NCBI GenBank assembly: GCA_973895155.1
Contig: OZ316893.1
Coordinates: 17,178,670 to 17,242,669, forward strand
Source: Marsupella aquatica
Lineage: Eukaryota > Plantae > Marchantiophyta
Length of the DNA: 64,000 nucleotides
Direction of reading: 5' to 3'
Positions 38,373 through 50,159 of this stretch are shown in pieces. Under the pieces are notes generated by a model, which worked only from the letters and a program-made list of their open reading frames with translations, was not told the origin of the DNA and ran no database searches. The stretch's first letter is position 1, and each line of letters begins with the position of its first letter. Position numbers and translations under genes: made by a program.

Positions 38373-41230
38373 TTACTCAAAAGAATCCGAATCTTTTGTT
38401 TCTCCCGTCGTGTGCCTCTCCTTCTCTTTTCCTTCATTTTCCTCTCCTTGTCCTCCTGAAGCATCATCTCCAATAGCATCTCCCTCCTCTTCATCTTCAG
38501 AGTCAAAATTTAAGACAGAGCAAACTTTATCTTTTTGTTTTCTTCCCACATCTTTAGCGGGAGACGAGGAATTGACATCTTTTGGAATCAATAACTCCAT
38601 CCATGTCTTTTTCGCAATCTCAACAAACTCTTTTCGGTTTTCTATACCAAGAATAAAACGACCACAATAGTCACCAGCAACAAATGTACTTCCCGAACCC
38701 ACAGTCCAGTCCATGACAATGTCACCTGGCCGAGTGATTAACTCTAACACAGATTGCATGAACCCAACGAACAAGCGTCCATTGCTAGCAAACGCTACTG
38801 GAGGAGTTGGATCCTTCCTCACACTCGGGAGACCAATAAGGTTAGTGATAGAAGGATCTTCAGTTGCAGAGAGGGGTCAAAACTTGGGGTCCTTTGGAAC
38901 CTTAACCTTTGACGAAACACGACTGAACAGATCCAATCTCAATGTGAAAACCTGTGAAATCCCAACAACTTCCTTTGTTAAGATGCCGACGATCCAACCA
39001 GAAAATCATTACAATCATGGCATAACAATGAATTTTGGATAGCGCCAGGCGCTAACAAAGAATATCCCCTTAACCAAAGGGTATATGAAAACATTTTTAG
39101 CTAGCGCTCGGCGCTAACAAAGGACAGCACAAAGAGTGAGAGAATTTACCTTACAATCACTTCGGGCCATGTACATTGGAACTCCCATAACCACGTTCAC
39201 GGTTTTCACACATTGAAACTTTTGAGACTCCTGGCTCGCGGCGATGACCTGCGAGATCTGATCATACTCGCCGGTATGCAAAATGGCCAATATACCATCA
39301 TCTGCTAGAAAAGGGTCCATTGCGCGAAAGAATGAACCAACAATTCTGTGATCTGGGGAATTCCATTTTGGAGACTTATTCTCTAAAAGGGATGGGCGCA
39401 GTCCAGTTGGGAGGTAAATGAATCCAGCATCAACTCCAAATGATCTTATCTTTCCTCCTCTTATGACTCCTTTCTCCCTTAGACCAAGCAAGACTAGGTC
39501 TTTCACCCACTTCTCCACATTTGACACCCAAGCTGGTTTCTGCTCTTTTGTGAACACACTCTCAAAGAAGTCCATTACGCTGGACTCAACAAAAACATGC
39601 CTAGAAGTCTTAGACTTGAACTGTCCAACATCTCGTTGAACACCAGCAGAACTGGTCTCCATTGCCATGTACAAGCGATACAGATATCTCTTGGCTCGCG
39701 TCCGGTTGCGAATGGTATAGTCTTCCTTGTCTCCGTACTTGGACTGCCAAATTGTGCTAAAAAACTTTGCCTTCACTATTTCACCGTATGTCTTGAAATC
39801 ATTGGTGATGTTCAAGACCAAAGCTTCAACGTCTCCACTCCTCCTAGCGTCAGACGATCAGCAGGTAGGATCGACTGGACTTGCGAAAGAGATGTCTGTA
39901 AGATTGCAATTGCAATTCCTTCCACCAAACTCCACATGTGCCATGTATGACACCACTATTTAACAGGGTCATCATTCACACTCGGGGGATGGTAAAATTG
40001 TTTTCTGAGCTCGGGTGTACAGTGAGCGACAAGAAGAGTACAACGCAGTTGTGGATCCAAGTAGGAGACAACAGTGAACAGACGCGCGCGGTCCATTGTA
40101 CAAACTATAGAGTCCGGCTTCTTTTCGCGTTTGTTCCTCTCCGTAAGAATGTACATTTCTGCAGTCGCAATCACCAAACTTTGGGCTTATCAGGGGGTAA
40201 TCTTGGATGTCTTTATGCTCCACTCCTTCATTGCCTCCTTCATCATGGCAGCATACCGCTTACCAGTCTCTTCAGATGACCACGGGCGACCTTGACTTGT
40301 CGTAGCAGCCAAGTCAAGCTTAAATTGAAGTGAATACAACTTAATCTTGTTTTCACACAAGATGTAAACCAATGCTTCCAATGGCATCTGCTTGGTATAC
40401 CAAGACCCCTTTCTTGTCTTGGCACAAACAGTTTGAAATCGCTTGAAGCTGCCGGGGTCGATGATCGGCTTGTAGGCCTCCAAGTCATGAGTTAAAATCC
40501 AATTGATTCTATTGGCATCGAGAATCCACGATGGTTCCACCACAGCTTGCCCTAACCTGTAAGATATAATGGCAAATATTAGCGCCTGGCGCTAACTAAC
40601 CTTGCAAAAATCAAGCGCAATCGACCAAATTCAATAGCATTTATGCAACTTGAGGAATACTTACTGGTTCACCGTGTGCATAGCCGCTTCAAACTCAACT
40701 AGAGAACCTTGATCTCCCTTAAAAACAGTGCATTGAACACGCGGATGGTACTTGATATTGTCTGGATTCTCATTTGTTACTTGGGTCCACGAGTAGAGTC
40801 GATGATTCCCGTCAAAAACACAGAACATCTTATCCTTCAAAATGTGGAAATCTGGATCAGTAGCGCATTCTGCTTCAAACAAGTCGTTCTGGGCAACCCA
40901 AACAGCATCCCAGGTCTCCCAAATTTTAGGCGTGCAGAATTGAATGACTCCTTCTGAATCCGTGGGCTGGACGTAAAACCACATCCCAATTGAAGAGTTG
41001 TACCCAGAGCTCCGAAATGAATCCTTGAGCTTATCGATAGATGCACTATTTTTCTGTAAAGTCCGAACGATTTCCATGTGAACAAGCCGACAAAGAGGGA
41101 TACACGGCGGCTCTTTCTTCTCCCCCCTGAAATTGACTCCAAATAACATTGCGTATTTCTCGATCACAGCATCCATGGACAGAACTCCCTCGCCCCCGTC
41201 CTCCATCGAAAAATCTATGTAAGACTCCAT
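38373..41230 (-). pseudogene. ParB/Srx-like + beta-class N4/N6 DNA methyltransferase-fold gene (exons 41230-40665, 40556-39150, 38951-38373)
   Basis: IPLCRL..IVRTL..SFRSSGY..FCVFDGNHRL (ParB). VDAGFIYLPTG..FFRAMDPFLADDGILAI (motif IV-VI region). ITRPGDIVMDWTVGSGSTFVAGDYCGRFILGIE (motifs X-I-II). Both GT-AG introns preserve the frame. Several premature stops and one frameshift. Confidence 0.85.
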
Positions 41231-44200
41231 GATGCCTCATTTTGGCTTTGGAATCGCTTGACTAATGTTTCGCAAAGAGTTCGACGCAAACGAACGAGTG
41301 ACTCTCCGAGTATAAACTGATCCGGAGAATGAGGACTCGGATGTTTCAGAATGGCCAGGAGAATGATTCTCCATGTTTGTTTAAGATGCACACACATGCG
41401 GAACCCCACCGCAACGTGCTTCTCGCGTGATGCAATGTTTCTTGTGGTGCTGTACCGATATGGACGAATGATTGACAATGACCCTAAACGTGCATAGAGG
41501 TCGTTCTAACGATCAAGGAAGACACTATCGCAAAAAGATCTTATCTGATATACCCTGTGGCAGACCGACATGTATGACAAGTACACATAAAAAAGCACGA
41601 GCATCCAAAAGCAGACCTACTAAAGGTTGACACTTGTCACATTTTAACTCATTTATAGGTACTCGTGAATATATTTATCCAGGAATTTGTTATAAATTGT
41701 AACGATAAACGGTCAAAGTTACTGTTTAAAAAGACCATTTATGTCAATATTCTACTTTGATCTAATATTAGCGCCTGGCGCTATTATTATGCTAGACTAA
41801 AATATATCTTGAAATAAAGGATTTTAATAATAGCGCCTGGTGCTAGTAACATTGTACTAAAAAATCATGCGAATGATTGGACTGAAGCGAGAAAGTTTTT
41901 GTAATAAACGGCTTCTATTTCTATCAATTTTATGAAAGTGCCAGGCACTATTTTTCTTTTAGTCTCAAATAGGGCTTAAATGTGTAGATTTCAATAATAG
42001 CGTCCGGCGCTAGTAACGAGACACTTCAAAATGGCTTAGATGTTTGGACCCAAAATATGCGAGTTTCTATAAATAATGACCGTTACATCTTGACATTTTT
42101 ATCAATTTTATGATAGCGCCTAGCGCTATTATTATGATAACTTCTACTCCAGCTCAAATGGATCGATTTTAATATTAGAAGAGGGTAATATTGTCGTCTG
42201 CCATAAATAAGATGCTATTTCCAAGGAAACCCGATACATTTCAGCTTAAATGTTGGCATAATGAGTAGCTGTTGTAAGATGTTAACCTGTGTCAGTAACC
42301 AAAATGGCCGTTGATCTTTGCTTTTGTTGTTCATTTTTGGGCTCTTTCAGATGTGGAAAACGCTAGCGCCTGGCACTACTATATTACCCCGTCGGTTACA
42401 ACGTCAAAACAATTAATTCAACAGTAACTATCCACCGAATTGATGGTTTTGTCGTTTCTTGAACGGTAAGAAAATCCGTACCCAACGGATCCTATAACCG
42501 CTCGACGGCTCTTTCCATTTGAGACTTGGATTAAGAAGAAACCCTCAACCATACAATCTAGCTTCATTTTACCATGTATCATTATTTTATATAGTTGGTT
42601 ATCTTTGGGGAGTTAGAATGTCTCGCATTATTCGAATAACGTGTCCGAATACAGGTGACGTTGTGACGATCCCTGTGTCGATTTCCAAAACCACAAAACA
42701 TGTTAGTGATAATTACCTGTGTGGAAGATTTGGGGTGACGGGAAAACATATTTTGAGTGTCAGAACTTTGAACGATGGGCCCGCTCATTTTGATATTGAA
42801 GCGGAGGACGTTGTTTGGAATCTCGAATATGGCGTGGAGTACTTGATTTTCATTCAACTAAGGGACATCGTTCAGGTCAAGGTGGAGAGGCCTCAGGTGG
42901 CTCACGATGTGATTGACCTTACGTCCGACGCTGAATGCTCTAAGGGTTCTCCACCAATCTCAAAGGGCGGTGAGGTCAAGAAGGAGGGCGGCAGTACCAG
43001 TTTGTTGATGCTCCAGGTACCCCCCATATTGATTGCGTCGGAGGGGTGTGATGATGGAGACACTCTAACTCGTCCTGTTCTGGTTGTGTACAGAAGAAGC
43101 GCACTTGATGCCTTGTTGAAGTCAACTGGACAAAGTGAGTTATCGCGCTTTGTTAGGTCTGAGGCATTCATTCACAAACAAGTTGAATGCTTACTTGTAG
43201 AGTACAATGGGAATACCATATTTGAGCTTCCACCTGTTCAAGGTGTTGGCTCGAAACAGGGATCGTCTGCAAAACATGGATCGATCCAAGGATTGCTACC
43301 TCTGGACTAGAATCTTTCCTACTTTTGCTAATGTCGTTCCGAAGAAGATGTGGGAGTTTGGGAAAGTAAGTTGTAGTGGTTCTCTCGAATGCTGAAATAG
43401 AGCATGTGAGTTTTACACCAGGACTCAAGTCTGAAACTGTAATGGATGGGATGGGACCCCCAAGCTCTCTGGTCAGCATTGTCCTGGGAGGTTGATCGAT
43501 GTTGGAGGAATTGTTTGTCGCTATTGCCTTCAAGTTCCATTTTGTGTTGAGTCTTGTCCAGCAAAAATGTTTTATATGTACCCGCAAGTTTTGATCGAAA
43601 ATGACACTGCAAAACACATGTCACGACTTGCAATCCATATGGGGGTGCACAACCATCCATGTTGGAAGGTCTGGTCTAGAAGTGCTGAGAAAATAGCAAT
43701 AGAAGAGATACGGAGACAGCATGAGAAGTCTCCTTCTTCTACACCGTGCATTTTGAAAAATGAGATCACTGGATCTTTAATGGATGCCGTAAGTGAGTCT
43801 GTGGATGACATTTCAAAGCTAGAAGAATCAGAAATCTGGAAATCACTTATGCTCGTTTCAACACCTCAGAAGTTTTCTGCGTTATGTAAGAGCGTTCGTA
43901 AAGATCAGGTTGGTCAAGGTGATTTGGAATATCTGGTTTGCATGCAGAAGAATGTTACGTTTCCTTTTCTCCAAAGATATCTTCTTCCTGGGCAGGGCTG
44001 TAAAGGTGATAGAGCACATATTTTCAAAATGACTATATCAAAGGTCATGGATCGGGAGTAGATTTACTACGTCAGATGAAGAAAGGGGGGCCTCTAGAAG
44101 GAGCATGGGTGAGCTTTGATGTGATGAAAAGGATGTCCAAAGAATGGAGTACTTTTAGTGCACATGTGTATGACCATAACTATCGAGCTTTGTGCACAAT

Positions 44201-46636
44201 ATTTACTTGTGAACTCAAAGTAGAGGACACTGCATCGCTTGAGAAAGCTTGGAGGTTGATGATCGAAGTCGCTTTGGAGAACGGTTTAAAGGGCGTGGAA
44301 ATCCATGGTTTCATGGCAGATAACGCTCAAGCAGGATGGATAGCGGTTAGGAATGTCTTCTTTGATGGCCATCCAAACCCGGAGAGAGCGATCGGATGCA
44401 TTCCACTTTTATCAGTCTTTGCATCGGCACTCTATCAAAGGAGTACTTGAAGAAAAACGTGCTGAACATCGAATCCTTTGGGACAAGTTGCGCAATGCTG
44501 CTTCATTTGTGGAAGCCTACAGGGTTTCACGAGAGATTGATTCATGGTGGAGATCTGGAAATTGTATTCCTGGGAAACTTAGAATGTTGCAAGGATGGAT
44601 TGCTTGGTGGGTTGTGAAGTGGCGTCAGTGGGGAAACTTCATACGTTTGGTGAGTCAATGTATACTAGCGCCTGGCGCTAGTATTAATCTCCCTTTTCTA
44701 ATTGTGATCTTTACTCATGTTTTTTGCCAGCGCCGGGCGCTAACGTACAAATAGCTTGATAGCGTCTTCAATCTTCACAATCATCATGAAAAACATTCAT
44801 ACCTTTCGTCCGCCCATTTTGAAGTTCCACTTTATTTTTTATTTGATATATTGTACTGAATTTGACAAAACTCTTTTTCAGAGCAAAAGTGCACTTGAAG
44901 GGGGGATGATTCCCAATTGCACTGGTTCTGAAGCTGTTCACGGAATCATGAAAGCATGGTAGGGAAAGAAAACAGTTGGTTTGTTCGAAGGATGTAAGAC
45001 CGATCACAACAGAGCAATCTCACAAATAGCAGCCTATACAGCATATCGTGAAAGGCTCCATCGGGGTACCGGTCCAACAGTGTTTGAATTGGCTTTTCGT
45101 TCGGCTGACCAGGCAGGGTCCCCAAAACTCTTCGAAGAAGCCTCTAATATGTTACTCGCAAATGCAGCTGAATTTAATTTGGAGAGGGATTCTCCGTTGA
45201 ATGGGGATTTTGTGACAAAGTCTATGAAAAGAAAAGGTCCAGCGACCGGGAATGTCTCTCCACAAGACTCCCATCGACATGACACGGTTCTCATAACTAC
45301 ACCAAATACCCGAGGTTGCAAGAGGAGAAATTTGAACTCATCCGAGTTTGAGCACATTCCGATACTTAGAACTCCTCCTTCGAATCCAGTTATCGATTTG
45401 TCTGAAAGTGGCTCTCCAGTTTCCCATCATGTCACTCAATCTTTCAAAGTTCCAGAAAGTGCTCTGAACACCACTCCATTCATTCTTGTAGACACTTTGC
45501 TTTTTGAAGTGGACATTGTACCTGGGTCTTGGCATCTGCGGAGAGTTTCCAGACACGGTGCTGGACCACAGTGTAATGGGACGTTGTCTGGAAGTTGTGA
45601 TAGAGATGAGTGTCGTAATCAAATTAAGAAGGTCGGATATCCTTCAAATGCAGGGGTTTTCGGAATAGTCGTCAAAGGTTACCGCTTATTCAGAGGTGAA
45701 CACCATCCAGAGCTTGTCTGGTTCTGCCCCACTCGTGATTGGTGGAAGAGCCGCCCTCGTCGAGGTATTGTGAACCTCCCTACTTTCCCAGACTTTTTGC
45801 CAGTACAGAAAGGCACTCATCTTTCAAGTCTGGAGTTGAATTTCCTTCAAGAGCAGGGCATTGAAGTCTTGAGAGGAGGTGCTATTTCACGTTGTCCTTC
45901 TCCATTTGAACTGAGAATCAACATTGACGTTTTTCCTGAAAAGATCGATCTTGCACAAGTTAACATCCGTTTTTGAACGAGAAACGGGCGTGCGATGAGC
46001 TCCAGATCAAATCTCACTTAGGAATATCGTAAAAGGATTGAATCAACAACGAAAGAAACAATGACTTTGATCAAAACTATGGAAGTTTCATCTGGAAATT
46101 CATACGGGAAACGATTCCAGATACGCACACATGCACATTTACGAACTGCAAATACTTACTGGGTGCAGATTTGCATTTTCCCTTGTTGCTCTTGTGAAGA
46201 TTTCTTTCATCGACATTCTTGAGGGAAACCTTTCATGCCATGTAAACACTTGTACTGGGTTTACAAAGTTATCTGCAAGCTTGATCCTGTGGACAATATC
46301 CTCGCAAGCCAACCGATTCTTACCATTGCGGAACTGCGTTATATTCTAGGGAGGCAGAATGCTGATGGTTTATAGGAAGGTTTAGTATTCTAGTTTACGT
46401 TCAACGGGTATGTAGGACTTGTTGTTTCGTAACGGTAACTTTGTTTTGGTTAGCGCCCGACGCTAGTAAACAACATTTGGTTTCTTTTCAACACGGCTCA
46501 ATCTTTTGTGGGTTTCACAAAAAACTTAATTTGTTTTTACAATTTTACGGATGTGTAAATTTCATTGTACGGGTAACGGAGATTTGTTTGTATTCAATCG
46601 TCACTTGGCCTTCAGTTTTGTTAGCGCCCGACGCTA
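39040..46636. repeat. Dispersed 15-bp palindrome TAGCGCCWGGCGCTA (at least 11 good copies)
   Basis: Starts at 39040, 39102, 40580, 41769, 41831, 41936, 41998, 42114, 42364, 44666, 44728, 46451 and 46622 (0-2 mismatches each). All lie in introns or intergenic DNA. Confidence 0.92.
42618..46375 (+). pseudogene. Mutator-like transposase: GCM-like Zn domain - DDE - SWIM
   Basis: VSCSGSLEC.N..C, CRYC..C..CPAK..IHMGVHNHP (GCM/WRKY-like). WVSFDVMK, FMADNAQA, SDAFHF, TGSEAVH (D, D, C/DxxH, E). CSCEDF..PCKHLYWV (SWIM, ~46184-46260). Intron 44650-44881; several stops and frameshifts. Confidence 0.8.
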
Positions 46637-47734
46637 GACTCCATTTCCTTACTTGGTTGCAGTTTGTAGTTTCCAGGTCTGAACGTGTGGATTTCTTTTG
46701 CATGCATTCTCGAGGATGACCTTTTCTTGCCTTATAAACCATTATCCTCTGATCATTCCGGTAGATGGTGAGAGGGTATTTTGTTAATGATATTTTGTAA
46801 CGGTATCAAATGCTTGGTTAGGACTAAGCGCTAGTAAAGGCATCTTCCGATAATTGTCGTTTTCCCCATTGTTTTGAGTTTATGTTGAATTTGACATCTT
46901 TGGTTTGGTCCAAAATTAAGCCTTTTTTGTGAATGATAGTACCAAGTCTCTTGTTTTGTTCCACTATTTTTCCTGTTATGATCATCACTGTTTCCTGTTT
47001 CCTGTAACGGAGGTCGGGCCCGAATTTTCGAATGTTTTTTTTATTGGTGTTGCTCACAACAGTACGGATGATGACAATTCCTTGAATGTTTTTCCTGATG
47101 TGAGTAAAAACATTGCTGATAACAGTAAAACTTTCCTGATATGAGGAAAGTGTTTGCTCGTATCAGTAAAAAAATCTCTTGTTTCCTGGCACGGTGTAAA
47201 GCCTCGGATAGTATAGGAAAATTATAAATGCCTGTAGTATAACAAATCTATGAAATGAATGCATGACCATGCACATAGGAAACATATTATTAGACAAAAT
47301 AAAACTAGGATATCCAAAACGGAACCATTGGATCCCAATATGTAATGATGGTAGTACTCTTTCCTTGAGAAGAAAGCGGCAAGGTTTTAATGAGGCTACA
47401 TCAATGGGAATACCAATTAGATAATCTAGGGTTAAAACTGTGGTTACTTTACACACCCATAAACTAACCAAGGGGGAGTGTTGTAAACCATAGTTTACAC
47501 TTAACCCTAGAATAAGGTTACCTTTAACCTTATATGATGTAACCCAATGGCTACATAATGCCATACCTTAATGGAGAGAATGATCTTTTATCATGACAGA
47601 AAACCTTCTCTCACAACAATATATGATGAAGTTCTTTATTGAACGCGAATAAAGTTGGCATGAGTATGGTATCAATGTCTTCATATAATTTGTATTTAAG
47701 CATGTATTTCATTTTCATCATGCTTCCCATATCC

Positions 47735-47937
47735 CATGACATATATTATGACCTTGACATTTGTGCCTCGCTTAAACATTTTTTCTCTCATGGACATGTT
47801 TTGCTCATCTCAATATCTTTTATCACCTCGACATATTTATATCACTTGACATCCTTTTATCACCTTGACATATTTATATCACTCGGCATCTTTTTATCAC
47901 TCGACATCTTTCGTGCAACACACGAGCATGGGGCTAG
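47735..47937 (+). mobile_element. Helitron 3' end
   Basis: CGTGCAACACACGAGCATGGGGCTAG|T preceded by degenerate CACCTTGACATC repeats; paralog of 48590-49084. Confidence 0.7.
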
Positions 47938-49084
47938 TACTACTATAATACCCTATCCGGCCAAAAGTGGATGTAGTTGGTTTACAAAATCACTTTTGGA
48001 GGGAAGATTCAATGACCCTTGTATTTATAAGCTGTTTTATCCTAGCCTTTCATTTGTCAAAAACATTATCTCTAACCCAAGCAAGACAAAGTATTTTGGT
48101 ATGCACAAAGATTCTCTAAGAAGGGGGCATGATGGCATACACTTTATGTGAATGCCATGTGTTGCCATTGGAATGGGGCACTTGGAACACCATTATGAGG
48201 GGATAATTAGGGACTAGGAGACAAAGGTCAAAGTAGGGAGGGGAATTAATGATACACCCATGGGTGAAGGGATGAATAGTATCATACCCTCCCATAGTCC
48301 CATGAGTACAAGATAAGGGATGAGACAAAGTGGAGCAAAGGAAGGTGAAAATACAGATAATAATAATAAGGCAATACGAGGAAAAAAGGAGGAGAAAAGG
48401 GACATCATTGCCTTTCATTGGGTTTTTTTTTCAGGGGAGGGGGGGGGGAGAAGGGAGAGGCAGCCCAAGAGAAAGGGGGAGAGGGAGGCAATGAGGAGTA
48501 CGGGGGTTGTCACCCTCCACCTAGGGTTGTGTAAATATGCATGTTTATGTTGTCCTCACCTATCTCCCTGATCACTTTTGCAACAATCTCTCTTTGACAT
48601 CTTTCTCTTCTATGGACATCTTTTCCCAACCTCAGCATAGTTTTCTTGCCTTGACATCTTTTAATCACCTCACATCATTTCTCCCCTCCATATCTTTTCT
48701 CCTCTCGACTTCTTTTGCACTCCTTGACATCATTTTGTCTCCTTGACATTTTTTCTCAACTTAACATTTTATCTTTTTCTCATCTCGTCATCTTTTTCTC
48801 ACCTTGACATCTTTTCTCACCTTGCCATCTTTTATCTCATCTTGCCATCTTTTTCTCTCCTTGAAATCTTTTCTCACCTTGAATTCTTTATCTCATCTCT
48901 CCATCTTTTTTCTCACCTTGACATCTTTATCTCATCATGAAATCTTTTTCTCTTCTCAAAATATTTTTCTTGCCTTAACATCTTTATTCACCTTGACTTC
49001 TTTTCCTCACCTCAACATCTTTTTTCAGTTCAAGATCTTTCTTCACCTTGACATCTTTTGTGCAACGCACGGGCATGGGGCTAG
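47938..49084 (+). mobile_element. Non-autonomous Helitron
   Basis: 3' hairpin GTGCAACGCAC..GGGCAT followed by CTAG|T (49081-49085). The 5' region TACTACTATAATA resembles plant Helitron starts. Degenerate ~17-bp repeat array at 48590-49060. Confidence 0.65.
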
Positions 49085-49849
49085 TATTCACATATTTTGC
49101 ATTGATAAATATGCCCTGGTTTAGTAGATGCATCACAAGTTCACCAAAGTAACCAAGAGAATTATATACAAAAACCGTGACATATTTATGGACCCCCATT
49201 AGGGGTCTCTTGCAAATTCTCTGGCACGGGAGCGCGCCCTGTCAGCACAGATGTAGACAAACAAGGCAAGACCATTTTGAAATGAAAATTACTACCCACG
49301 TCATGTTTGTGGCCATTTTTGTGTAACTTTTGGGTCGCCATGTTGTAAATTCTAAGTGTAAATATAAATACATACAATATTTTTTGGTATTTTTTAATGC
49401 TAACTGTTATATTTACTTTTAGGTTTTTTATAAATTCAATAAATGTGTGAAATGTTGTGGACTCATATAATTTTTTAATGTTATAACCATATAAGTAGAT
49501 GTTTAGAAGCAATTATGGTAACTACCCATATAACTGATTAAAAATAGTTAGACAATTTACTCATCTCAAACAACAGTAGTGCGTACAAGGGGGAGAACAT
49601 CACCATAGCATTGTTCTCTATCTCTTCTTCCAGTCGAGCACATTGGGATTTTTTGCCCAGAAGCAAGTTTACAGTTTTCCAAAATAAGCGCTGCCTAGCT
49701 AATACTACTTTGTGTTCAATCCACATTGGAATCCACATATGAAAGTTGTACAATCAAGGGACATGTTGGGCTCTTACATCGCACATTGCGCTTAAGTGAA
49801 AATAGATGATTCACGAGGTCCTCGGGGGCCTCACTCTAAAAAAGTCTCA

Positions 49850-50159
49850 CCCTGGGGAATCACTTGTTGGATTATTAGAACGAGGTGCAAAAAAATGAAG
49901 GTTATTTTTTAATAATATTGGGGTAATGATTACAATTAAAAACTTATACTAAAGGCATTTAAAAATCCAATTTTGGTAAAACTTTTAGTTTTTATATTCA
50001 GCAAGGTATTTAAGAATTTTTCAAAGTCGTATAATAAAGGACCATACAAGGTATTTTTAATTTAATTTATTTTTAAATTTATTTTTAAATTTATTTTTTA
50101 AATTTATTTAGTTTATTCTCACGTGTTTTAGGGGTTTTACTCTAAGTGATTCCCCAGGG
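49850..50159. repeat. 16-bp perfect inverted repeat around an AT-rich core (MITE-like)
   Basis: CCCTGGGGAATCACTT (49850-49865) and AAGTGATTCCCCAGGG (50144-50159). Confidence 0.6.

Noticed and set aside
30850-46375. Bacterial contamination or prophage as the explanation for the ParB/MTase genes
   Set aside because: The genes have frame-preserving GT-AG introns, are fused or adjacent to eukaryotic Ulp1, NIF and SWIM domains, and are interleaved with plant TEs.
47470-47490. AAGGGGGAG-TGTTG, resembling a copia PPT plus LTR start
   Set aside because: No matching LTR end or coding remnant could be identified.
47639-49199. Hydrophobic F/L/S-rich ORFs
   Set aside because: Translations of pyrimidine-rich Helitron repeats.
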